64,000 nt of DNA. Origin: a bacterium. GTDB taxonomy: Bacteria > Bacillota_I > Bacilli_A > RF39 > UBA660. Positions 1-8,894 of the stretch are shown piece after piece. The stretch covers positions 15,753 to 79,752 of the forward strand of contig CAVAGO010000001.1 in assembly GCA_963588075.1 (NCBI GenBank), in the 5' to 3' direction. The notes under the pieces were generated by a model, which did not search any database, was not told the origin of the DNA, and saw nothing but the letters and a program-made list of their open reading frames with translations. A program made the translations under genes and the position numbers. Each line of letters begins with the position of its first letter. The first letter of the stretch is position 1.

Positions 1-522
1 GATATTAGATATATTAATTATGTTATTGATAAATCTACAATGACTGATGCAATTGAATCTTATATTAAAGATTTAGATTGTACTACTATTTATCCTGATG
101 GTTCTCGTCCTAGACAAACTATTAATTATGGTTATCGTATTACTCTTTCTAGTATTGAATATATTCTTGATAAACTTTATCTTGTTCTAGAACATCATCC
201 AGAAAAAGCTCAAAGTTATATTGATTATCGTAATAGTATTATTAAAAGAATTATTGATATACATGAAAAAAATCTTGATTTCGAGAGAAGAAACCCAGTA
301 CGATATTATAGTAAAGAACCAAGGAAACGCACTAGAAGTGCTAGCAGAGTTAATCAATCAAAAGATGTCTTTACAGGTAAACCCATTGATGTTAGCACCG
401 GTATTGCAAAGGCTATTAAGCCTAAAAAGGAAACGATTGCTCAGCGTAAAGCTAAACTTCTAGGTGGTAAAGCTGTTAGTTTTGCATTTAATGGTTTAAA
501 AATAAGTGAACATAATGAATAA
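1..522 (+). CDS. hypothetical protein with basic C-terminal tail; possibly 5'-truncated at the window edge (first ATG at 40)
   Basis: 160-aa ORF 40..522. The same frame has no stop between nt 1 and 40. Its stop overlaps the start region of the next gene. Confidence 0.55.
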   Translation, partial: DIRYINYVIDKSTMTDAIESYIKDLDCTTIYPDGSRPRQTINYGYRITLSSIEYILDKLYLVLEHHPEKAQSYIDYRNSIIKRIIDIHEKNLDFERRNPVRYYSKEPRKRTRSASRVNQSKDVFTGKPIDVSTGIAKAIKPKKETIAQRKAKLLGGKAVSFAFNGLKISEHNE

Positions 523-1732
523 ACTTTATCGTAGAAATAACAATGGTGTGCCCACTGTTTGGTGGGCTGAACTTGACAGTGGTACTAATAGTATCACTGT
601 TTTTTATGGTCTTGTTCAAGGTAATATTCGTAAAGAAGTTTATGCTGTGACTCAAAAAGATGGTCAAAAAGAACTTGAAAGTAGATATAATGATAAGATT
701 AAACAAGGATATACATATCTTAATGAACTTTGTGATATGCAGGGTTTACCCCCCGTGGAGGATGGAGATAATGATACTCTATTTAATTTTCTAAATACTT
801 ATCTACCTAAAGACCTTAGTAATGGAAACAGTAATCTTTTACTTCCAATGCTTGCTAAAACGTATAGTGGTAATGTTTGGAAAAAAGTCAGTTGTATGTA
901 TGGTCAGTATAAGATTAATGGTCTACGTTGTATTATTACTGCTTATACTCAAAATGATATATTTAAACCTGTTAGGCTTCGTTTTCAAAGTCGTGAAGGT
1001 CTTACTTGGCATACTCTTAGCTATCTTGAAGATTATTTGCTTGCTACTATCAATACAAATATTATCGACGATATGATTAATGGATTTGCAGCACTTGATG
1101 GTGAAGTTTATCTTCCAGGTTATACTGTTAATCAAATTAATCATTTTGTTAAAGATGCTAATTGTGTTGAAAATAAACTTCTTCAGTTTTGGTGTTATGA
1201 TATTATGATGGAAGGTAATCAAACTCATAGAAATACATATCGTTATCATATTAAAATGCCTACTCGCTTTAATAATATTAAAGAACATTATAATAATAAA
1301 GAACGATTGATTATTCTTCCTAGCGGATATATTACTAATGATAATGAAGCTATTGACGCTAGAAATCATTTTATTAATTTAGGATTTGAAGGTCTTATAC
1401 TTCGTAATACCGAAACTGATTATCAATATGGTAGACGTAGAGCTAATTATATGGAGAAGTTTAAAGATGCTGCTGAGGGAGATTTTATAATTCTTAATAT
1501 TTATAAAGAAAAGAAACGTGATTTACCTATTCTTCTTTGTAAAAATGATATTAATAATGAAAAGTTTGAAACTCGTTTAAGCACTAGTCATATTGTTCAA
1601 CAGGAAGTTTTATTCGATTCTCAATCTTATATTGGTAGAACTGTTCATATAGAATATGGTGAACGGAGTGGTGTTAGTAGAGTTCCATTTCATATTAAAA
1701 CTGTTGTTATAAATGGAGATACTAGATTATAA
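515..1732 (+). CDS. ATP-dependent DNA ligase
   Basis: Nucleotidyltransferase motifs are present in order: motif I YKINGLR (KxDG-like adenylation lysine), motif III AALDGEVY, motif IV FEGLILRN, motif V YMEKFK. The ATG at 515 is preferred over the GTG at 506. A GC-motif copy sits in frame at 749-767. Confidence 0.8.
   Translation: MNKLYRRNNNGVPTVWWAELDSGTNSITVFYGLVQGNIRKEVYAVTQKDGQKELESRYNDKIKQGYTYLNELCDMQGLPPVEDGDNDTLFNFLNTYLPKDLSNGNSNLLLPMLAKTYSGNVWKKVSCMYGQYKINGLRCIITAYTQNDIFKPVRLRFQSREGLTWHTLSYLEDYLLATINTNIIDDMINGFAALDGEVYLPGYTVNQINHFVKDANCVENKLLQFWCYDIMMEGNQTHRNTYRYHIKMPTRFNNIKEHYNNKERLIILPSGYITNDNEAIDARNHFINLGFEGLILRNTETDYQYGRRRANYMEKFKDAAEGDFIILNIYKEKKRDLPILLCKNDINNEKFETRLSTSHIVQQEVLFDSQSYIGRTVHIEYGERSGVSRVPFHIKTVVINGDTRL
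749..767 (+). repeat. GC-motif copy, G-type with C-run on + strand
   Basis: ccccccgtggaggatggag inside the DNA ligase CDS, read as GLPPVEDGD. Confidence 0.9.
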
Positions 1733-2096
1733 TGTAATTAAGAATAATAATTTTGATAGAACTAAATCTTATTTTAGTTGTTATTATAAATCTATTATTA
1801 TATTTACTGATTATGATGCTAAAAGTTATAATTTTGCTGTTAGATATAATGATACAACTAAAAGTAATGAACTTTATGTGATTTTGTATAATGATAATAG
1901 AATTAATAATAGTGTTCCTATTATTCGAGATGCTAATACTGGATTTAAGTTATATATTCCTAATATAGTTATTAGACTTCTCGATACAAGATTGCGTAAT
2001 GCTTTTGTTATGTCTAAAGATGATTTTAATATTAATGTTAAGTTTGTAGAAGAACGTAATAGTTTTTGTATTATTTATCATATAGATATTGATTAA
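1713..2096 (+). CDS. hypothetical protein
   Basis: 127-aa ORF that overlaps the ligase stop and is followed by a hairpin plus T-run terminator. Confidence 0.5.
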   Translation: MEILDYNVIKNNNFDRTKSYFSCYYKSIIIFTDYDAKSYNFAVRYNDTTKSNELYVILYNDNRINNSVPIIRDANTGFKLYIPNIVIRLLDTRLRNAFVMSKDDFNINVKFVEERNSFCIIYHIDID

Positions 2097-2099
2097 GGT

Positions 2100-2140
2100 G
2101 AAGCCTAGTACATAAGATATTGTGCTAGGCTTTTCTGTTT
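2100..2140 (+). terminator. rho-independent terminator
   Basis: gaagcctagtac / gtgctaggcttt stem (one G:U pair), 10-nt loop, then ttttctgtttt. It lies immediately after the stop at 2094-2096. Confidence 0.7.
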
Positions 2141-2160
2141 TACATTGATGTAAAATTGTA

Positions 2161-2283
2161 TATGACACGCTCGTAGACATGATTCTTTTTGCCTGTATTC
2201 AATTTTATATATCAGAATGATTAATCTATCACGATAAGATTTGCGTGTCATAATGAGCCTTAAAATGCGTCATTCTCACTATG
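2161..2283 (+). promoter_or_regulatory. conserved intergenic module, copy A (candidate promoter, operator or leader)
   Basis: Shares ordered blocks with copies B and C: CGTAGAcATGATTCTTTTTGC, TGATTAATCTATCACGATA (19/19 identical to B), GCCTTAAAAT, TTCTCACTAT. A 10-bp inverted repeat tatgacacgc/gcgtgtcata (2161-2170 and 2244-2253) encloses it. Confidence 0.6.
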
Positions 2284-2370
2284 ATATTTAACATTAAATT
2301 CAGCATCATTATTACTAGTAAATTCCTATTATATTTTTATATTTGTCTTGATAAACAAAAACAAATTATT

Positions 2371-3099
2371 ATGAGTATTAATAAAGTTACTATTGTTGGT
2401 ATTAAAGGATTTAAAGGAAGCGGTAAAGATACAGTTGCTTCTATGATTAGTTATATCCTTCATGATGGTATTATGAAAGCTACTTATGATACTTGGCTTC
2501 TTTATCATAAAAATGGGTTTGTTAAAAATGATGAAATAATTATTCATTTTGCTGATAAACTTAAAGATGATATATCTGAATTTTGTGGTATTGACCGTAA
2601 GCTTCTAGATAGACAAGAAATTAAAGAAAATTATTATTATAATTTTAAGACTGGTATTGTTTCTACTAATATTAAAGATATAGACTGTGTTATTAATACT
2701 GTATTAGAATATGATAATTTATCTACACTTCTTCTTTTAAATAATAATGTTTCTATTAAAATTAGAACTCTTCTTCAATATTATGGAACTAATGTTATTA
2801 GAAATCATTTTTGGCATGAAGCTTTTATTCGTTACACTATGAATAAAGCATTTGATATAAAAAACAGTAAAGGACAATGTATTATAGCTGATGCTAGATT
2901 TGATAACGAATGTGAAGCTATTAAGCAATGTGGAGGAATGATAATTAAAATAGATAGAAAATCTAGTAATGATAATCATGACAGTCACGAAAGTGAACAA
3001 ATAACAATTAATGAAGATGATTATGTTATTGATAATACTGGTACTTTTGTCGGTCTTTTCTATAAAGTTCTTAAATTTGTAACTGATTATATGATATGA
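2371..3099 (+). CDS. deoxynucleoside monophosphate (dNMP) kinase-like P-loop protein
   Basis: P-loop GIKGFKGSGKDT, and CIIADARFDNECEAIKQCGGMIIKIDR, which matches the DVRFxNE...GG pattern of phage dNMP kinases as I remember it. The internal ATG at 2371 is preferred over 2281 because the first 30 codons are I/F/L-rich and overlap module A. Confidence 0.65.
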   Translation: MSINKVTIVGIKGFKGSGKDTVASMISYILHDGIMKATYDTWLLYHKNGFVKNDEIIIHFADKLKDDISEFCGIDRKLLDRQEIKENYYYNFKTGIVSTNIKDIDCVINTVLEYDNLSTLLLLNNNVSIKIRTLLQYYGTNVIRNHFWHEAFIRYTMNKAFDIKNSKGQCIIADARFDNECEAIKQCGGMIIKIDRKSSNDNHDSHESEQITINEDDYVIDNTGTFVGLFYKVLKFVTDYMI

Positions 3100-3485
3100 A
3101 ATTACATCCTATTTTTGGTATAAATGCTCTTGCTAGAGTTTGTATATGTTGTGGTAAGATTATAGGTTATACTCCTATTGGAGATAATATTGATGAAGAC
3201 TTTTCTAATAGTAAACAAATTGCTGATGCTACTGTATGTAAAGAATGCATAGATAAATTAGATAATGAAACTTGTTTTGTGGCTTGTGATGTTAATAAAG
3301 AAGGTTATGTAATTTCTACTTATGATACTTTATGGATTAAAAATAATGGTCTTAAAGAGTTTTTTAAAGAACTTGATTTAATACAACCTATTAATATTAT
3401 GCCTAAAGAACATTTCTATACTGTATTTGGTAATGTAATTAAAGATTTTTATAGTAATAAAGAAGATGAAAATAATAGAACCTAA
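3096..3485 (+). CDS. Cys-rich (putative zinc-ribbon) hypothetical protein
   Basis: 129-aa ORF with CICCGK ... CKEC cysteine pairs. The ATGA start/stop overlap with the upstream gene suggests translational coupling. Confidence 0.55.
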   Translation: MKLHPIFGINALARVCICCGKIIGYTPIGDNIDEDFSNSKQIADATVCKECIDKLDNETCFVACDVNKEGYVISTYDTLWIKNNGLKEFFKELDLIQPINIMPKEHFYTVFGNVIKDFYSNKEDENNRT

Positions 3486-4350
3486 AGTTGAACTTTGGCG
3501 TCAAGAAGATGCTAAAGCTCATGTTGCTAGATGTGCTAGAGTTTGTTATGGAAAAGAAACAGGTAATGATGAAGCTACTGTTAAAAGATTAATTAATAGT
3601 AAACATTGGAGTATGTTTCGTCATGAAACTGTATATGCTATGATTCCTATTGAATTATGGTATGGAAATTTTGGAGAAATTCTTAAGGGCTATAAAGCTT
3701 CTCCTTATATTTCATGGGTTACTGTTAGAGATTATATATATGTTTCTACTAATGGTAATTTTATGTTAGATATAGAAAAATATGAACCTGTTTTATATAA
3801 TGAAATTAATAATTATAGAGTTAGTGAAGAAGAATTTAATTCTTGTGAAACTGCTTATAATCTTTTTGCTCGTTGGACATTTTGTGTAGATACTCAAATT
3901 AGTACTTCTCGTGAATTAAATAGAGTTAGTCCTAATAATATTGCTGAAAAATCTACTCGTTATGTTTACGAAGATGGTACTATTTGTAGACCTCATTGGA
4001 TGAGTAATGATATAGCTAATCATTTTAATAATGAACCTATATTTGACGAATGGATTGTTAAAAATGAAGAACATAAAAAAGTTTATTTATATTATAATGC
4101 TTGTGAAAGTAGTTTTAATAAATATCACATTCTTATTGATGAATATAATATGAATCGTCAAGATGCTCGTGGTATTCTTCCTATTGATACTGCTACTCGA
4201 TGTGTTTATACATATTCCACAAAAGAATGGTTTGATATAATTAAGAAACGTGTGTATCATACCACAGGTAAAGCGCATCCTAATGCTACTATTATATGTA
4301 AACTTATAGAACAAGAATTAAATAAACTTGGATATGAAATTAAAATTTAA
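3466..4350 (+). CDS. thyX: flavin-dependent thymidylate synthase (ThyX-like)
   Basis: SRELNRVSPNNIAEKSTRYV resembles the ThyX signature SRQLVRHR..S....SQRYV. QDARGILPIDTATR resembles the downstream AR.vLP motif. A ThyX fits the crAss-like replication module. Confidence 0.65.
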   Translation: MKIIEPKVELWRQEDAKAHVARCARVCYGKETGNDEATVKRLINSKHWSMFRHETVYAMIPIELWYGNFGEILKGYKASPYISWVTVRDYIYVSTNGNFMLDIEKYEPVLYNEINNYRVSEEEFNSCETAYNLFARWTFCVDTQISTSRELNRVSPNNIAEKSTRYVYEDGTICRPHWMSNDIANHFNNEPIFDEWIVKNEEHKKVYLYYNACESSFNKYHILIDEYNMNRQDARGILPIDTATRCVYTYSTKEWFDIIKKRVYHTTGKAHPNATIICKLIEQELNKLGYEIKI

Positions 4351-4981
4351 TTTTAATAAAAGAAATAAATATAAAAATATTTGTTCTATTGAAGGATGTA
4401 ACAATAGTGCTTGTGGTAAATATTGTAATAAACATTATCATCAAATTAAAAGATATGGACATATTAAAACTCGTACACGTTTTGATAAAAATGAAATTAT
4501 TATAAATGATAATGTTGCTAAAATATTATTATATGATAATAATTGTAATGTTATAGATTATACTATTATTGATGCTGAAGATATTAATAAAATTTCCAAA
4601 TATAAAATATCTAAATGTGGAAATTATGCTTATGCTAATATTAATAATAAAAACGTTGCTTTACATAGAATTATAACAAATACTATTAATGAATTAGATA
4701 AAATTCATAATCCTATTGACCATATAAATGGTAATTGTCTTGATAATAGAAAATCTAATCTTAGAATTTGTACTATGTCTGATAATATGTATAATACATA
4801 TAGACAAAGAAATAATTCCACTGGTGTTAGAAAACATATTCAAAAAGGTAAATATATTTCTTATCAAGCGTATATTTCTATTAATAATAAACAAATAAAT
4901 CTTGGTTATTTCGATACTAAAGAAAAAGCTATTATTGCAAGAAAATTTGCAGAAAGAAAATATAATATAAATAGTTTTTAA
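4328..4981 (+). CDS. HNH homing endonuclease with C-terminal AP2 DNA-binding domain
   Basis: HNH core PIDHINGNCLDNRKSNLRICTMSDNMYN, followed by the AP2-like segment GVRKHIQKGKYISYQAYISINNKQINLGYFDTKEKAIIARKFAERKY. The N-terminus is Cys/His-rich (CSIEGCNNSACGKYCNKHYH). Confidence 0.85.
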   Translation: MDMKLKFNFNKRNKYKNICSIEGCNNSACGKYCNKHYHQIKRYGHIKTRTRFDKNEIIINDNVAKILLYDNNCNVIDYTIIDAEDINKISKYKISKCGNYAYANINNKNVALHRIITNTINELDKIHNPIDHINGNCLDNRKSNLRICTMSDNMYNTYRQRNNSTGVRKHIQKGKYISYQAYISINNKQINLGYFDTKEKAIIARKFAERKYNINSF

Positions 4982-5010
4982 TATTAATAATAATCTAATA
5001 GAACTTGGAT

Positions 5011-5286
5011 ATGACTTCAGAGATTGATAAACTTAAACACTTTCATGTTGAAAATTATAGTGGTACTAATTTCACTGATGATTTAAATGATGGTGAAGAA
5101 TTTCTTTATACTACAATTAGAATTAAAGATGACAAAGAAGTAACATTTCTATGTAAATATGTTAAAAATAAACATATTGAAGTTTGTCCTAATTGTATAT
5201 TTAACAACTATCTTTGTTATGGTCTTTTATGTAATATTGTTGTTCTTAAAGTAGTTAAAGATGAAGAACTTAGAAATAATAAATAA
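5011..5286 (+). CDS. hypothetical protein
   Basis: ORF 5005..5286 with its first ATG at 5011. Cys-rich C-terminal half. Confidence 0.45.
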   Translation: MTSEIDKLKHFHVENYSGTNFTDDLNDGEEFLYTTIRIKDDKEVTFLCKYVKNKHIEVCPNCIFNNYLCYGLLCNIVVLKVVKDEELRNNK

Positions 5287-5313
5287 ATTATTAACTATTT
5301 AAATATTAAAGTT

Positions 5314-5565
5314 ATGAGAAGAAGATTTTATGGCTTTAATAACCGTTTTAGAACTACTAAAAATACAGAAGCTGTTGTATTTGAAAATGGTGGATTTGTT
5401 GGTAATCTTGGTTTAAGTAAAAAACTATGGAAAAAGTATATTGAGACTAGTTATAAATATAAAACTAATACTGATAAAATGACTGCTAGTGATTATACTC
5501 ATTTATTTGGTTATTTAAATCCTTATTATCGTTCTGCTTATAATATACCTAAACGTAGAAAATAA
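5314..5565 (+). CDS. hypothetical small basic protein
   Basis: 83-aa ORF whose stop overlaps the next start (TAATG). Confidence 0.45.
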   Translation: MRRRFYGFNNRFRTTKNTEAVVFENGGFVGNLGLSKKLWKKYIETSYKYKTNTDKMTASDYTHLFGYLNPYYRSAYNIPKRRK

Positions 5566-6344
5566 TGGCAAGTATTTATAATATTACTACTGAACTTGAG
5601 GATATATTTCTTGAGTTAGAAGAAAATGGAGGTGAATTAACTCCTGAATTTGAAGAACGCCTTGCTATTACACAAGATAATCTTAAATCTAAACTTGATG
5701 GTTATCGTAAAGCATATACTGTACTTAATCTTGAAGCTGAATCTTGTAAAAAGGAAGAGCAACGATTAGCTGTTCTTCGTAAAACTAAAGAAAACAATGC
5801 TGAAAGACTTAAAAGTGTTATGCTTGATGCTGTTATAACTTATGGAGATTTAGGTAAGTCTGGTAATAAAGTTATTAATTTAGTTGATAGTAAACTATAT
5901 ACTAAGAACAGTAAATGTGTTGAGATTGATGAAAATCTTAATCAAATATTTATTGATTTAGTTCTTGAACATTTACAATCTCTTTGGGATAATGATATGA
6001 TTGATAGTAATTTCTCATTTAGTAGAGATGTTCTTCTTGAACAAATTAATGATAAATTTACTGAAAGATATCCTGAACAATCTGCTAGACTTAGAGAAGA
6101 AACTGGAGGTTATTTTACTCTTGATGATTTAGATTGTATTAAAGTTAAATTTGAAATTGAAAAACCTATTGGTGATTTAGCTAATAAAATTAATTTTGAT
6201 TTACTTAATACTTTCTTTAATCATCAACATGAAATGACTAGAAGCAGCAGTGTTAATAAAACTACTATGAAGAATATTCTTAATGATGGTAGAGATATTA
6301 GTATAGCTAAACTTGTTGAGAATACTAGTCTTATTATTAAATAA
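5565..6344 (+). CDS. hypothetical coiled-coil protein (N-terminus resembles the Siphovirus Gp157 family; tentative)
   Basis: 259-aa ORF. The acidic helical N-terminus MASIYNITTELEDIFLELEENGGELTPEFEERL...EEQRLAVLRK is typical of Gp157-like proteins found in phage recombination and replication modules. Confidence 0.5.
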   Translation: MASIYNITTELEDIFLELEENGGELTPEFEERLAITQDNLKSKLDGYRKAYTVLNLEAESCKKEEQRLAVLRKTKENNAERLKSVMLDAVITYGDLGKSGNKVINLVDSKLYTKNSKCVEIDENLNQIFIDLVLEHLQSLWDNDMIDSNFSFSRDVLLEQINDKFTERYPEQSARLREETGGYFTLDDLDCIKVKFEIEKPIGDLANKINFDLLNTFFNHQHEMTRSSSVNKTTMKNILNDGRDISIAKLVENTSLIIK

Positions 6345-6350
6345 CTTGGT

Positions 6351-6397
6351 TATACTCCCCGTAGAGGACAGAATTAAGTTCATCCTCCACGGGGAGT
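6351..6397. repeat. intergenic hairpin built from one A-type and one G-type GC-motif unit
   Basis: tatACTCCCCGTAGAGGAc-agaattaagttc-aTCCTCCACGGGGAGT gives a 15-bp stem with a single A:C mismatch on + (G:T wobble on -). It starts 7 nt after the stop at 6344 and has no T-run. Confidence 0.9.
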
Positions 6398-6420
6398 CAA
6401 CACTACTAATCTTGCTAATT

Positions 6421-6540
6421 ATGGAACTAGAAGAAAAAGTAAAAGAATTAATAAAATGGTATATGGATACTTATGGTGTTAATAAAGACCAAGCTGTTAG
6501 AGATATTGAAAGTGTTATGTTACGTATAAGTCATAAATAA
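6421..6540 (+). CDS. small hypothetical protein (39 aa)
   Basis: First ATG of ORF 6313..6540 downstream of the hairpin. MELEEKVKELIKWYMDTYGVNKDQAVRDIESVMLRISHK. Confidence 0.3.
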   Translation: MELEEKVKELIKWYMDTYGVNKDQAVRDIESVMLRISHK

Positions 6541-6541
6541 T

Positions 6542-7603
6542 ATGTATAAAGTAAAAGGTAAACCTTGGGCTTATTCTGGTGCTATTGATGTATCAGATTG
6601 TGCTACTGCTAAAGAAGTTATGCTTAAAGCTGGACTTAATTTTAATGTAGCTAAATGTGAACTAGTTGGTAAAATGCCTATTAAACTTACTGGTACAGAT
6701 GAAGAACTTGACAGAATTATTAAAGAACAGAAAAATGGCACTCACGTATTTGGTACTGACATTTATCGTAAGTGTGATAACGCCTTTGCTACCTATCGTA
6801 CTGATTGCAATATTCCTCTAGGAACAGTTAGAAATAAATATACAATTGTTCAAAACAATGAAGCTTTTAATTTCTTTGATGATGCAATTGGTAAAAATTC
6901 TGCTATTTGGCAAACTGCTGGTTTTTGGGGTAATGGAGAAAGAATATTTGTAAGTGCTAAACTTCCTAATAATATTCTTGTTAAAGGTGACCCTGTTGAA
7001 AATTATCTAGTATTTACTAATACTCATGATGGTAGTGGTGGAGTTAAGATTTTATTTACTCCTATTAGAGTTATTTGTCAAAATACTCTTAACGCTGCTA
7101 TTCATTCTAGTAGTAATTATGTTAGTTTTAGACATACATCTAGTGTTCATAACAAAATTAGTATTGCACAAGAAATATTAGGTATTAGTAAAATTAAATC
7201 TGAAGAATTTGGTCAATATTGTAATTTACTTGCTAATATTAAAGTTACTGATGAAGATGTAATTCAATTTATTGGAGAAAATCTTTTTACTAGTGATGAA
7301 ATTCAACGTCTAAAAGATACAGGACATACTATTAAAGATATTGCTTATCGTAGTGGTTTAGCTTTAACTGATAGTAAAATAAGTAGTAGAAAAATGAATG
7401 TTATTTCTGATACTTATAATTATTATTTTGATGGTCCAGGTCAAAGAGATATTCTTGGTACAGCTTGGGGTGCAGTTAATGCTATTAGTGGATATTATTC
7501 TAATATAGATAATATTGAAGGTACTAAGCGATTTGATAGTATTTGTTATGGTGATAAATCAAGAAAAATAGAAAATGCTTTTGCACTTGCAGAAGCTCTT
7601 TAA
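6542..7603 (+). CDS. DUF932-family (phage/plasmid-like) protein
   Basis: 353-aa ORF. VKILFTPIRVICQNTLNAA matches the characteristic RVVCxNTL core of DUF932 proteins as I remember it. Confidence 0.6.
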   Translation: MYKVKGKPWAYSGAIDVSDCATAKEVMLKAGLNFNVAKCELVGKMPIKLTGTDEELDRIIKEQKNGTHVFGTDIYRKCDNAFATYRTDCNIPLGTVRNKYTIVQNNEAFNFFDDAIGKNSAIWQTAGFWGNGERIFVSAKLPNNILVKGDPVENYLVFTNTHDGSGGVKILFTPIRVICQNTLNAAIHSSSNYVSFRHTSSVHNKISIAQEILGISKIKSEEFGQYCNLLANIKVTDEDVIQFIGENLFTSDEIQRLKDTGHTIKDIAYRSGLALTDSKISSRKMNVISDTYNYYFDGPGQRDILGTAWGAVNAISGYYSNIDNIEGTKRFDSICYGDKSRKIENAFALAEAL

Positions 7604-7622
7604 TTTAATAATTTAATTATAT

Positions 7623-8291
7623 ATGGAAGTAAAAGTATTTAAACTAAAAGAGATTAAACTTATTAGTGGAGATGTTGTAGATGTAGAACAGTATTGTAAT
7701 GTTCAACCTATTCTACCTGCTTATGGTAAAGAAGGTGATGCTTGTATGGATGTTTATCCTATTCTTTGTGAATATGATGTAGATAAAGATAGATTTATTT
7801 ATCATACAGGTTTAGCATTTAATATTGGAGATGATGCTAATGGTGAACCTAATGAAATGTCTTTGCGTCCTAGAAGTAATCTTACTAAATCTGACTTTTA
7901 TATGCCTAATGCTCCTGGTACTCTTGATTGGGGTTATCGTGGAGAACTTCTTATTATTTTTAAGAATCGTACTTCTAGGGATTTAGTTCATGCTGTATCT
8001 ACTCTTGTTGAAGTAGTTGATAAACTTAGAGAACATATGCATTTACCTGATAGTATGGTTGGCAATTCTAGACTTAAACTTAATAATGTTAGAACTACAA
8101 TGACTAACATACTTGCTAAAGTTTCTACTCCACCATATAATTGTGATGGTAAAGATAGATGTTGTCAATTAATTATTAATAGTGCTGAAAGAATTAGTTG
8201 GAAAGAAGTTGAATCTATTGAAGAATTAGGAGAAAGTGAACGTGGAAACAAAGGATTTGGAGAAGGAACAGGAGGAGCAGCTAAAGCTTAA
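7623..8291 (+). CDS. dut: dUTP diphosphatase (dUTPase) with internal insertion
   Basis: Motif I GDACMDVY, motif II RPRSNL, motif III LDWGYRGELLIIF, motif V ERGNKGFGEGTG. Confidence 0.8.
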   Translation: MEVKVFKLKEIKLISGDVVDVEQYCNVQPILPAYGKEGDACMDVYPILCEYDVDKDRFIYHTGLAFNIGDDANGEPNEMSLRPRSNLTKSDFYMPNAPGTLDWGYRGELLIIFKNRTSRDLVHAVSTLVEVVDKLREHMHLPDSMVGNSRLKLNNVRTTMTNILAKVSTPPYNCDGKDRCCQLIINSAERISWKEVESIEELGESERGNKGFGEGTGGAAKA

Positions 8292-8499
8292 AGTTGGTGC
8301 TCGTTATATTCATAATAAAACATCTAATGAATATATAATTATTAGTATTACTAAAATGAAACATCCAGATACAGGTGAATGGATTCCTGCTGTTATTTAT
8401 AAAGTTAATGGACTTGAACCTTTATGGTGTAGAAGTGTTGAAAGTTTTAAAAGTCAGTTTAGTGATGCTAAAGTTGAAGGTAATGAAGTTTATCTATGA
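8236..8499 (+). CDS. DUF1653-like small protein
   Basis: KVGARYIHNKTSNEYIII...HPDTGEWIPAVIYK...LWCRSVESF follows the DUF1653 pattern (YrH.kg..Y...E....VvY..lw.Rp...F). The start is uncertain because the ORF overlaps the dUTPase 3' end by 56 nt. Confidence 0.45.
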   Translation: MNVETKDLEKEQEEQLKLKVGARYIHNKTSNEYIIISITKMKHPDTGEWIPAVIYKVNGLEPLWCRSVESFKSQFSDAKVEGNEVYL

Positions 8500-8765
8500 A
8501 AAAGTTAATCTTGTTTTATTTACCTGATTGTAATGTTAGTAAACTTTTTGAAGAAAGGCTTCATAAAGCTCTTGCTCTATCTGAGTTTGCCGGTAGGTTT
8601 AATCTTATTAGGTATAATCTATATACTGATACTGGTAGACAAGAAGCGCGTAGTGCTGGTATTGGTGATGCTCCTACTGCTTATTGTAATGGTGATATTC
8701 TACGTGGTGTGCAAAGCGATTACACTATTAGGAAATATCTTCGCAAGCTGTTAGGACAGTCATAG
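8496..8765 (+). CDS. thioredoxin/glutaredoxin-fold protein (no CxxC)
   Basis: 89-aa ORF. KLILFYLPDCNVSK ... GDAPTAYCNGDILRG has a beta-alpha-beta plus cis-Pro-like layout. ATGA overlap with the upstream gene. Confidence 0.45.
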   Translation: MKKLILFYLPDCNVSKLFEERLHKALALSEFAGRFNLIRYNLYTDTGRQEARSAGIGDAPTAYCNGDILRGVQSDYTIRKYLRKLLGQS

Positions 8766-8894
8766 ATATGATTCTTTTGCCCTACATTGAATTTTAATTA
8801 TCATTGTGATTAATCTATCACGATATGAATATCATTCAATGTAGGGCTTTAAAATAGCTAATTTTATAAATTCTCATTATATTATACGAATACT
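8761..8894 (+). promoter_or_regulatory. conserved intergenic module, copy B
   Basis: GTCATAGAtATGATTCTTTTGC, 11-bp inverted repeat cctacattgaa/ttcaatgtagg (8781-8791 and 8836-8846), TGATTAATCTATCACGATA, GCTTTAAAAT, TTCTCATTATATTATA, then the ATG at 8895. Confidence 0.65.

Noticed and set aside
2281-2370. Upstream ATG at 2281 as the start of the dNMP kinase gene
   Set aside because: The first 30 codons are hydrophobic low-complexity sequence and overlap conserved module A. In copies B and C the equivalent position is untranslated leader. The P-loop domain begins right after the ATG at 2371.
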